Shown here: positions 47,701 to 59,180 of the stretch, one piece after another
How the letters are laid out: each line of letters starts with the position of its first letter
How positions within the stretch are numbered: position 1 is the first letter of the stretch
Assembly: GCA_973895155.1 (NCBI GenBank)
Contig: OZ316895.1
Coordinates: 15,382,816-15,446,815, forward strand
Direction: 5' to 3'
Source: Marsupella aquatica
Lineage: Eukaryota > Plantae > Marchantiophyta
Length of the DNA stretch: 64,000 bases
Program-made: the position numbers and the translations under genes
The notes under the pieces: generated by a model
Databases searched by the model: none
Seen by the model: only the letters and a program-made list of their open reading frames with translations
What the model was told of the DNA's origin: nothing

Positions 47701-50204
47701 GGGTCGTCCGGAAGACTGAATTGACAAGAAACCAAAGAAAAGGAGGAAAAACAAAGGAAAGGAAAACACAGAAAAATTCTGGGAAGACCAAAAAGCCAAA
47801 ATGTCCTAAACCTAGCAACCAGGATGGATTAATTAAGATTATTCTACATGGCATTATGAGTACTATACAGTTTATTTGGGTTGCAAAATTAAATTGGAGC
47901 TTTTTAGCCGGAACTTTGCATAATCCCAGCCGTTCTCTTTTAGCTCAATATCATTAGTGTCAGATGAAATCCGCCATTGGATCAGGCTTTTCAGACAAAG
48001 TTGGCTTCATATAACAGCCGCAGAAAAACATGATTTGGAGACTACCAATCCTAGTTGGCTTTCAGTGGGGCCAGTTGATATTGTTATGATTGCTGATGTG
48101 TCATGGCTTAGAGCACAAGTTCTTGGACCACCTCAAGAGGTGATCTAACAAATGAATCTAAAGGATACACACTCAACGTTTATTAGGATTTTTTCTAACT
48201 CTAATTCTGTGACACACTACCAATGTACAAGTTTTCTAATTCCTCAGCGTGATCCTCTTATGCGTTTACTCCGTGATCCTCTTATGCGTTTACTCCAGAC
48301 CAGAACTTTACCTGGCCTTTCAATTTGCTGTCGACCAGGGTTTCAGTTTCATTTGCTACTTGGTAGGATTTTAGTACTTTTGACGTTGTTGAAGACTCTC
48401 TGGCTTACTTGGCTCTTTGGTCTTCTTTGGGTTCTCTTTGTTCTTCTCCCCTTTTGGGTCTTCTACTTTTAGGATCCTTTCACCCAATTTGACCCTTTTT
48501 GTTCTTTGGTGGCCAGACATACACTTTTCTAGCCCTTGATTTTGTACTCATCTATTTGTCCAGTAGTCTCTTCTTGTCAATTCAATAGATGTGGAAAAAT
48601 TGTACTCTCCATTAGGCTGGGTTTACTTAAACTCCCCCTAAGTTTTTTATGAAAAGCCTGGTCACATAAAGAAAATAAAAGAAAATAAAAGGCCCATGTG
48701 CAGATGACTAAGATTGGTAATGGGTTTGCCAGATTATTCTTCCATAGGTGTGGCAAAAGTATTCTTATAAGAATGTGTACAGTATTCTGGGAAAAACTAT
48801 AAACCCCCCCATAGGTTTCCGGTCTACAGCTATGGGGGGCTTTACATGGAAAATCATAGGTGTTCGAAAACAATGCTTCTTATAAGAATCCATTCAGATT
48901 TTCCATGCAAAGTCCCCTTGAGATTTTATAAAGAAGCTCGGCCACCTATGCAAATAAGGGGCCTACTGGCAGGTGACTAGGATTGATGAGCGCTGTTGTT
49001 AATCACACATCAAAATGTGGCTGCATTCATTGATTGAAAGTAAAAAACTGGGATTATCACGGTATGCAGGGATTGATGAGGGTCTTGCCAACTGTGTCCC
49101 AAAATTCATGTAATTCAAGCCGGCTTGCTTACAAGAGGTGAGGGCACTTGCGACTGTTTTCCACCAAAGTAAATGCCCACTGTGTTCTAAAAAATAGCTG
49201 TAGACCCGAAATCTTTCAAATGAAATTCAGTAGATGCAAATCCCTTCAATGAAGGTGCCAAACTTTGGACAAATATATTAAGCATTCCACATCAACATTT
49301 TCTTGGGTCAGTTGCTTGCAATGTAGGATGGGTACAGCCCATACCTGATTGTGTCCCCTGATTCATGTAAAGCCAAGTCAGTCTTGCTCACACATATGAA
49401 GTACACCTAATGTGAAGTCTGGCCTGTTGGCACCTTGGAATAGCTACTGTAGATTTTGTCTCAAAGTTCTTGAAATTCCCCAGATAAGCCCTCCAAGTGC
49501 TTGTAGAGTTCCCCCCAAAAGTAGGGGGTGCTCGGAGTTCTTGCAAAGCCCTCAGTGAACAATATTCCAGATCAGCAGTTTTGTACTGGCAAACATGTGC
49601 TAGATTTCACCTCTCTGAAAAGTGGCCAAGACTTTTCACATTAATCTTTGTCGTCCACTCCAACCTAGCTATAGAGCCCACTAGTTGGAATCTAGTGGTT
49701 CTCTTTCAATCTAGTGGAATTTGACGGTCAGAAATTAATCTAAGAAAAGTATGTAAGTAAGATTCCTAGCACTTTCTCCTTTCACACTAGGTGACATACG
49801 TCACCCAAGCGACGAAGAAAAACCCTCAGAATCACATCTCCACTGTTTGGAAGAACCCTGTCCTCGTGTGTGTGTGTGTGTGTATTCGCCAGCTTTAACG
49901 TTTGAGCTCAATCATCCTACCGACAAAAGTCGATCCCAACAGCGAGGCGGCACTTGCCATCTTCACCATGATGCAAAGCGCCATGTTATTATTGAACGAC
50001 AGCTATTTTCGCATTCGCCGTCTGTAGTTGAATTGTCGTTCGGTGAGCGACGGTATTTGTACTGGAGTCGTCAGTTCAGGGCTTTCTCAACATTGAGCAG
50101 CAATACCCAGGGTGATGATACATTAGCTGTCTGTAACTTGCGCGTTGAATTTCGATGTCGTCGCAATTAATCTCCCTCCCGTCCGGCCAGGCCTGACTCT
50201 CCGT

Positions 50205-50256
50205 GTTAGTCAGCAGCGTTACATTTTCGCTTCAAAATGTAACGCTGCTGACTAAC
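50205..50256. repeat. Perfect 23-bp inverted repeat with a 6-nt loop
   Basis: GTTAGTCAGCAGCGTTACATTTT-cgcttc-AAAATGTAACGCTGCTGACTAAC. Confidence 0.9.
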
Positions 50257-51519
50257 CATTTCCGGTAAGGCGGTAAGTGTCGATCGATGCACGCGTTTTG
50301 TCTTGTCATTACGTTTCTCGGTCGAGAGATTTCGCAGAATACGTTATCAGAGAACTGAAACAGCTTAGGAAGAAGTCGGTTATCCTATCTGCCCGAATAG
50401 AAGCAGGAACTCAAGCTCATCAATCGGTACATACGTATTTCATGAATTTCTCTTTGTGCGCATACTAACGACCACTGCGAGGCAGCACCCCAACAATAGC
50501 GGATCGCTGTTGTTTGGCCCACTTACACTCAGTTTGGGATCCTAGCTATCAATTTAAGTACTCTGTCTACACAATGTACTTTTGTAACCTGATGGTCCTG
50601 GAGATTCATTAGAATTGCAATTTAACAATCGCGAACAAAATTGAGCAAAAAAATCGAGAATAACATAAAACGCTGAAACCACAACTTACTGCCCATACAG
50701 AAGGGGAAGTGTGCAAGAATTCTCCCCTTTCCACATTTCACCCACTTTTTTCCTCCAAGGTCTACTTCACAATGTCGGGAGAATTTACTGTTTGGATCCT
50801 AGGGGTAAACCCGTGGGCTTTTGAAGCACTATTTGGATCCTAGGGGTGAACCCATAGCTTTTCGAGGGGCAGCTGTGATTTAAAGGTGCAGGGCCCGAGA
50901 CGGAGAAGTTCGATGCAGCTCTGGCCACTGTATGGTGAATGATTGAATTGATGGTCGACGTTCGAAAATTATCCTCGAGGAATGTAAATAATTGATGTTT
51001 AAGAGTGCTCGGGAATTTCCAGTTTTTCGCATCAATCAAAGGTGCCACAAGACACTGCTGAAAATTAACGACCCTGCCGACAAATTCTTCGTACTACATG
51101 CACGCACGCTCTACTGCACTTTTTGGAAGAGGGTCTCAGCTGATCGACTGCCTGCCATACCAGCTCGCCATATTATTTAACTTGGAGATAATCGACATCG
51201 CGAACAGTTCTTCAAGGCTTGTCCGATTTCTCCGAGGTAACCACGTGCAATTCTCGAAACTGTCCAACGTATGTACTTCCGGAGTGCCTGGTTCCACACT
51301 ACAGGCAAGGCAAAGTATAGAATTCCAGCTTCAACAACATCAGGACATACTAAACCAATATTTTGCAGTTTGATGACTCTTGTCATGTATGACAATTTGA
51401 TTCAGTTAGATTCTCTTCTCGCAAATCTTATTTTGTCAGCAATATAAGTTACAAATGGTAGGTGAAATGAATTTTTACAGAAACAAACCCAAAGCTGATC
51501 CTTTTCATTAGTCACGGAT

Positions 51520-52095
51520 TGAACAAAATTGTTGATTTCAAACCGAGAAAATCCAATGGCACATGTCATTTACTAATACGCAATGATTGCGACGTTTAGA
51601 ACAAAATTGTCGATTTACAATCCAAGAACGTCCACTGGCAACTGACATTCAGATTTACGTTGGTCAAAAAGTTTAACAAGATTGTCGAACTACAAACAAA
51701 GGCGTGTTGCCATTTGACATTCAGATTTACATTGGTCAAAAAGTTTCATAAGACTGTCGAACTACAAACCAAGGAATTCCACTGGCAAACTGATATTCAA
51801 AGTCATGTATATCAGTGGTAAAACACATCACAGATCAAATGTACAATTTCCTAAGCATTTCGTGTACAACTCCTAAATCTATTCAGATTGCTCCGAGTCT
51901 AGTTGCTTCCGTATGTACGTCAGCTCAAACCTCCCGTTCACTAATGATGTCGACCTTATCGCTCAGTGAGGAAATCAAACATGTTCGTCACCGATAAATA
52001 TGTACACACCTTCCGTTCACTAATGGTCTCGACCTTATGCGCTCAGTGAAAAAAAAATCAAACAGGTTTGTCACTGATAAACATGTACAGTCACG
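51520..52095. repeat. Degenerate tandem repeats of about 70-80 bp downstream of the LEA gene
   Basis: aacaa.attgtcga..tacaaaccaag..tccactggca..tgacattcag about x4 (51520-51800); ccgttcactaatg..tcgaccttat.cgctcagtga..atcaaaca..gtcac.gataaa x2 (51933-52090). Confidence 0.6.
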
Positions 52096-52193
52096 TAGGG
52101 ACTCGACTTCAGTTTCATTGCGAACTGTCACTTTTAGAAATGCGTGGAGAAGTTCACATTGTAGGTCGTGCGGTTCTCACTTCCATGACTGGG

Positions 52194-54542
52194 TTACTGC
52201 TCGCCGGCAGTACTACTCACAAGAGGAGCAGTCTCCTCCTCTGTACCCTGAACTTTCTTGAAGTCTAAATCGAATGAGTCTGAGCCGAGCGAATCTGCAT
52301 GGATGGGCTTTGTAAGGTCGGCTGACTCCATCGGTTGGTACTTGTGCAGCTCAGTATCATCCAAGCTCTCCTCCCCCGCCAAGTCCAATTCACGACGTCC
52401 CTCTGCCAGAGAACCTTGGGGTGGCGGAACCAGCCCAGATTGTGCATTCAGATCTGCTGCAGCCACTAATGTCGCCCCCACTCCACCAATCCGCAGGTCA
52501 TCCACATTTCGACCTCGCAGCTCGGCTTCCAGCACTTTGTATGCGTCCTCGTACGTGACAACTTTATCTGCTGGCAAATCTGCTGTCGCGTCCTGCATCA
52601 CATTCACAAGACGTTTTTAGATAACCATGGATGGTTTTCATTGCTTACGACCATTTGAGAACCTAAAACGAAATTAGAAGCTCTGCCAATCGGTCAGAGA
52701 AACTAACAAACGTGGAGAGTAGCTTCATGCTCAGATCTAAGGTACTAGAGGAAGAATCACATAGCGTAATTATATTTATAATGCACTGAACTGACGAGAC
52801 GCTTCAGGTTTTAATTCCAAATGTGACTAGCTTAAGATTCTAACCAAAGATAAAATCCAATGACTCAGCTTTCAATTAGTGGAAACCAACACCATGCAGT
52901 CGAAGAAGCATAATGCTCATCCTATTTCATTGACAATTTTCTGTCACCGGCGCCGTAAAGATAAGGTGTACTGCTGCGAGGATTGCTATTATTGCCAAGT
53001 AAATTTTCAAATCAAATCAACAATTACTCACCATCAGCACTCTTATGAGTTATTGATCGTTTCTATCACACACTTCAGAAGGCCGTAATGACAAATCCAA
53101 ATTAAGTTCAGTCTCACCATTAGCACGTCCGCTAAAGTAGTCTGACCGGCCGCATCCGTTCGACGGTTCAACTCAGCTGCTGATTGAGCAGTTGCACCAA
53201 TACCACCTTTTACGGGCATCGAGACTCCCGTCGCGCGCCTCTCAGCGCTCTCTATGGCGCGAGCGTCACTGTCTTCTATAGGTCGGTCACCAGCTCCCAC
53301 AGCAGCGGCTTCCAACGCCTGCATGTCAACCAGTTAACGTGCGTTAATAAATGCAAATGTATCAGTCAAATCCGGAGATCAGGCAGGAACTCGCCCTATT
53401 TAGGTAGCGGAAAACTCGTCGTTTCTCGTGCACATTGGAACCTTACACGTCTAAGAAACCTACAATCCGAAGGTAATAATGCACTACTTATTGTCGAATT
53501 GCATTATTACTTCGTAGTGCCGAATGTCGAATAGGACTGAGCTTCGATTCTTTGCAAAGTAAAGTGATTCGAGACAGAGCTTCAGTCAATTTTTCCATAT
53601 ACTCGAGGAAGCAGTCTGGGTCGCAGTCAACTCTTTGGAGTATTTCAAGTATCAGGAAGTTCGGTCTCTCCTATTGTTCGTGAATGATCAAATCAAATTC
53701 ATTCGAAAACATTCAGATAAAAAATTTTCAACTCAGTTCTTTGGATAATGATGGTCAGTTTGTCCTGGGCTCAACAAACACGTTGAGGGTCATTACATCT
53801 ACATTCAGACCTTCAGCCAGATTTAACGTATGTTCGAGAAACATCGTTTCAGTTCCAGTCCAATTCTCGTAGTTTCAATCTGAAGAACAAAATTCAGGAA
53901 AACATAGGCTCGGCTATGTGGACGATCAGACAAGACATCAATTTTGCACACAGATGCAGAACTGGAAAGTGGAAGTGGAGCACTGACCTCTCCAATAGTG
54001 ACGGCATCCAGGGAAGCGATGGCCGGATCTGTGGGTGTGGGACGGGCGGTAGCAGTGACGGGATGTCCCGCCACATACTCGATGTCCATGACAGCACCTG
54101 GGACAGACGTCTCTGTGACGCCGAGACCGTACTCGGACACCCGGGAGTGGGCGTCTCTCTCGACAAACCCGCCGTGCACATTTTTGGCCGCAGCAGATTG
54201 CATTGCTGATGCTGCACCGTCTTTCAGAGTGTGGCCGAACGCCATCGACTCCGCTGTCTGCATCAAAGACGCATCCTCGGTGGTGATCGCCTCCCCCGCA
54301 AGTTCCCCTGGCTGATCTGCTACGGCTGGGAAAACATCGCCATAAGTCAATACATGGCCAACCTCAGGCTTCAGCCGCTGCTCGGTACTCACACCCTCTG
54401 GTGTCTCTTCCTCCTTGTCCTCCTGGGATGACACCGGTGATGACACCACCGGTGATGGCATCGGTGATGTCGGCTGCTCCTGAAAATCTGAGGACATTCC
54501 GCCGACAGTCTCGGCAGGCTTGTGAAGCTGCTCCTGACTCAT
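52194..54542 (-). CDS. Late embryogenesis abundant protein, SMP (seed maturation protein, D-34) family; 3 exons, about 384 aa
   Basis: Exons 54542-53988, 53318-53118 and 52592-52194 joined by phase-0 GT-AG introns; SMP repeats LTYGDVF...AASAMQSAAAKN, VTIGEALEAAA...AQSAAELN, TLADVLMDAT..LPADKVVT..DA. Confidence 0.9.
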
Positions 54543-55218
54543 AGTCACGTCCGACCCGATCCGCTCGAAAAAGCTGCAATCCGCTGCAGAGATAGTAAAG
54601 CCAGTTGAAATGTCGCTCGATCAGTCTTCTTCTCCTCCGTCGTCTTCACACAAACTGAACTGGAGACGAATTGAATTGCGAGAGAGACAAAGTGAGACAC
54701 ACAACTTCAGATCGATGAAATTACAAGCCTAGCAACACTGAAAGCCGATTCATATACGCGTGCCAAGAAAGGAACTCAAGGAAGAACGAAAGAACGAAAG
54801 AACGGAAGAAAGAAAGAACAAATAACAGTCCAGTGGATTCACGAGATCGGTGCTCCGTCCAATGGAGAATCGTACCAGCTTGCTTCCGCTTCGTCGATTC
54901 TGGGTTTGCGAATTCGAGAGTGATGTGTGTCTGAACGGAACTCTACCCATTAAATTGGGCTGTCCTCGCCTCTCGCTGGGCGTTTCGGACTTTCTGCCCT
55001 CATGATTCTGCACTGGCTTGTTCTGCTGTGACGGGGAAGCGAGTGCCGGTGCCGGTGCCGGGTGGTCCAGACGACAACTGTTTGCATATGAGAGGCGGAC
55101 ATCTGGAGCGGGGGAAGTCTTGGCGGAAAGCCTCTTTCGGCGGCAAGTCCGCAAGTACCCCTTCGTGTCGCGCGACGGACTCAGCATCGAACGCCACCTA
55201 TGCACTTTGAGATGTGCA

Positions 55219-56210
55219 GAGAAGTGCATTGCCACGTGGCCTGCAATGATTCCTGTTTAGGTACTGCCCCAAAGCCACTATGGGAAATACAGTAGATATA
55301 CTAGACCAAATGCCAAATGGACTCCTTATTTAATTAAACTGGAACTCTTAATTGATCGACCGACCCCTAAACTGGAAAGTTTTATTTGATGTCTTGATGT
55401 GCGCCATCACAATTTGGGTGCATTGATTTAATGTTCGACCCCTAAATAGAAAATTGTTACTTGATGTACCCCATGACATTCTGGGGTACATTCATTTAAG
55501 AGAATGGCCTTGCCAGGTGGACTGTAATGATTCCTTTTTTGTTACTACCTCAAGCAACTATGGAACTGTATACTAGACTAGATGGACTCTCAAACTGAAA
55601 ACTTGCATGATGGACCCCTAAACTGGAAACTCTTACTTGATGGGCCCATCACAATTTGGGTACATTGATTTAAGGTTCGACCCCTAAATAAACACCCCAT
55701 GACATTTTGGGTACATTCATTTAAGAGAAGTGCCTTGCCACGTGGACTGTAATGATTCCATTTTAGTTACTACCTCAAGCAACTATGGAACTATATACTA
55801 GACTAGATGGACTCTCAAACTGAAAACTTGCATGATGGACCCCTAACCTCGAAACTCTTACTTGACGGACCCCATCATAATTTGGGTACATTGATTTAAG
55901 GTTCGACCCCTAAATAGAAAACTTGTTACTTGATGTACCCGATGACATTTTGGGTACATTCATTTGAGATAAGTGCATTGCCACGTGAACTGTAATGATT
56001 CCTTTTTAGTTACTACCTCAAGCAACTATGGAAATAGATATACTAGACCAGATGGACTACTGAACTGAAAACTCGGACTGCTAAACTGAAAACTCATACT
56101 TGATGGGCCCCATCACATTTTGGATACAATGATTTAATGTCGGACCCCTAAATCGAAAACTGTTACTTGATGTACCCCATGACATTTTGGGTACATTCAC
56201 TTAAGGTTCG
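55219..56210. repeat. Four tandem units of about 225-280 bp, each with an ABRE/G-box or variant, upstream of the LEA gene
   Basis: Unit gtgc.ttGCCACGTGgactgtaatgattcc...caagcaactatgga...ctagac...gacccctaaa...gggtacatt; motifs at 55231, 55512 (gccaggtgg), 55737 and 55980. Confidence 0.85.
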
Positions 56211-56738
56211 TCAATAAATAGTATGGATCACTCACTCCTCATGGGGCCCATAAACTAACATTTCATTTTGGGGGTGCATCTACTCTAGCATATCTCTCAT
56301 CAACAACTATAGGCAGACTAGTGTTAATCCAAGGGGGCCAACTCAACCCCCTTTATTGGGTCTTGCATTCAGTTGAGATCCGGTTTGGCGCTTTTAAAAA
56401 TCTGGCGGTGTGATTATTAGATGCTTTTGCCAAATAATAAAGGCGAGAACATGGCAGTGTGATAATTACATACTTTTGTATATTCTCCAAATAATAAAGG
56501 CCAATGTCATCTGTCCCAAACTTTTGATATGATGTGGACAAGTGCAGACAGTCAGCTTGGCCTAAGTGCACCTTCCACAAGTGCACAATCTGGTTTACAC
56601 AGAGGCTTGTCATTCTACCCTCCCCCCCCCCCTTCCTCTTTGGGGTTTGTTGCATTTCTTATGATTGTTTAGAGGTCTCCTTTAAATGACAAAAACATAA
56701 GTGCAAACTCTCCATAAGTCATATACATTTATTTATAC

Positions 56739-57675
56739 TGTTTTTTACTAATCCTTCCCCCAAAGTGACCAGAATTACTAACTATTCCCCCAAAATAAAT
56801 TAATTGTCAAGTGCACCCCCATTTTGTATATGAGGTTATGTGATCTGTCCTCATTGGTCCAAAGTCACATGGCAAGGCGCTACTGGCCCGTGTTACCTCA
56901 ATCAAAAGCACCCTATCTTGGCCGGCCCCCTCACAAACTGGGTCATTGACGCCTGACCATTTTTGTGGAGGAAAACCCGGGTTTGAGGGTTGCAGGCTAT
57001 CATTGGGCTGGCAGTGTGGATGCTGGGCTTATAGGTGCCGTTCGGCATGCAATGGCGGTCATCAGGCTTGCAAGGCCTCAACGATCCAGTTTGCAATGGG
57101 GGGGCTAACATAGGGGGCTTATTGTTGGGAAAATTAGCATGATACACAACCAAGAGCACAACCACCAAGCAAGGACACTGACACCAACACCAACACCAAC
57201 ACCAGGAGATATACATTTGGTTCACCTCTCTTGAGATTACGATCATGGGAACACACAAGAGTGTTATGATACTCTAGGCTTGTCAACCACTGACACCAAT
57301 CATATTATTATTGCACCAAGCTCTCCAAGAATGTTACTCCTAGCAGCCTAGCTTGCTACATCAATAATGAACATGAGTTTCAGAAGAGCTCTCCCTTGCC
57401 CCTCTATATGCTGGATACTAGAGTCACCATTAATCACCATTAACACCTTAATGGTGGGTTGGCCTAAGTAACTAAGTTAACCCAAGACTAGAGTTAACAC
57501 TAACAATTTGACTGGGGCAATGTGGGGCCAATACCACCTTGGCACATGACATTGGACCAATGAGGGTAGACCTCAGGTTACCTCATATACAAAATGGGAA
57601 TGCATTTAACAATTCATTTAATTTTGGCAAGTAGTTAGTAAATGGGGTCAATTTGGGGGACAGGTTAGTAAAACA
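56739..57675. mobile_element. Non-autonomous long-TIR (Mutator-like or foldback) element carrying a nested solo LTR
   Basis: Imperfect inverted arms of about 165 bp (56739-56905 and 57507-57675): attttgtatatgagg/cctcatatacaaaat, tcattggtccaa/ttggaccaatga, ccccaaagtgacc/ggtcaatttgggg. Confidence 0.6.
57123..57505 (-). mobile_element. Solo copia LTR, distant relative of the Tork-like LTR
   Basis: TGTT...TAACA ends; on the minus strand it carries cttgtgtgttcccatga and gaggtgaaccaa blocks shared with the other LTRs. Confidence 0.65.
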
Positions 57676-58111
57676 TTGTTTATCTCTCGGCATCGGATCG
57701 TTACATGGTCTAGACACTTATCTACATTGGTTGATGCTTTCTTCATAATGTCCACATGCAATAGTGTGTAGGGGTCTGAGACACGTATTGTACAATCTGA
57801 GTGATTCATCAGCGTATCAATAAGTGCAAGATAGTCAATGCTGTACTCATCATACAGTGCAAGCCAGCAGGATCCCATAGACAGTTATCCATAAGTGCAA
57901 GATTCCAATGTTCCTTTATCACGTAGTGCAAACTCTGCTTGCCAATGTCCATCAGCTTTGGCAGCGACAAAATAATGCAATTTGTTATTCTTATGAACTT
58001 TGTTAACTGATCTGGTACCATAGATCCACCAGGCTTTGCTGCTGGACAAGTCTGCGACACCTTCCACCTTACACATTGGTGACAGGCCCGAGCAAGAGGA
58101 GCTAGACCGGC

Positions 58112-58392
58112 AGCTGCTTGAAACACACCGGGTCATTTAAAAGCTTCATTCCCTCCCTCACTACTCCTCATTCTTGTGAAGGTGTCTCACCATAAAAGGT
58201 GGAGCACTTGTCAATAAAATGTGAAGCACTCACCACCTTTTGTGGAGCTCAAGCTGCTTGAAACACACCTGGTCATATAAAAGTCTCATTCAATCCCTCA
58301 CTACTCCTCATTCCTGTGAATGTGTCTCACCATAAAAGGGTGGAGCACTTGGCAATAAAAGGTGAAGCACTCACCACCTTTTGTGGAGCTCA
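58112..58392. repeat. Tandem duplication of about 140 bp
   Basis: agctgcttgaaacacacc...caccaccttttgtggagctca starting at 58112 and 58252. Confidence 0.85.
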
Positions 58393-59180
58393 AGCCCATT
58401 CCTGAATCTCATTCCTGAACTCTGCCGTGGGCTCTATGAGTACGATGCACATGCCGAGGCGATGACGCCTGGGGATCTATCTGCAGGGGCAGTTCCCAGG
58501 GACCGGGGGGGTTCAGAGCAAGTTCAATTGTAGCTATCTAGCAGTCTATGGCACTTGCATAATTCGGTGCATAAGTCTCTTTCGCGACACAGTTGTCCTT
58601 CGATATCTTCAATACGTTCTTCCACTCCCAATATTCGTCAAATTCACAACAGAAACCGCAGCCTATATACCATATTGATAATTGAATTTGAAGCTGGGAA
58701 CAAGCTGGGAACAAGCTGGGAGCATCTCCGACGATGAAAAGCTGGTGATATACCACAATAACCCGCACACATTAAATCCAATTAAACTTGAAACTATGAT
58801 GTTGTGACCACATGAACTCTATCATCATTTGTTTCAAATTTGGTTTCCTCTCTTCAGTGAGAATTTACAAGCTCTATCACACCAAGTCCGTGCGCCAATA
58901 TATCACTCGAGCCTGTGGTCTTTGAACCTCCCTTGATTTTCGCTGTTGGATCGCAAAGAATGTGACCTGCCACTCAAATCTATTGAAAGCAAAACGACTA
59001 ATTTATATCGCTTTAAACTTTCTGTAAAACTCTTGGTGAGGTTCTAAAATAAATTTCGCATTCTATTGTGGAGGGGAAATTGAATCATAACCCTGGACAT
59101 TAGTCTCGAGTGATTCCGAAGACACCAGAGACGTCTCAAATGCTGGAGATTATAAGAGGAATAAGTAAGTATCTATCAAC

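Noticed and set aside
55219-56210. Repeat arrays (also 20810-21030, 38200-38600, 51520-51800) as CRISPR-like arrays
   Set aside because: Units are long, degenerate and lack unique spacers; the context is eukaryotic and no cas genes are present.
57506-57510. ATTTG after the solo LTR, identical to the Bianca TSD
   Set aside because: Different LTR family and a 5-bp match; most likely chance.
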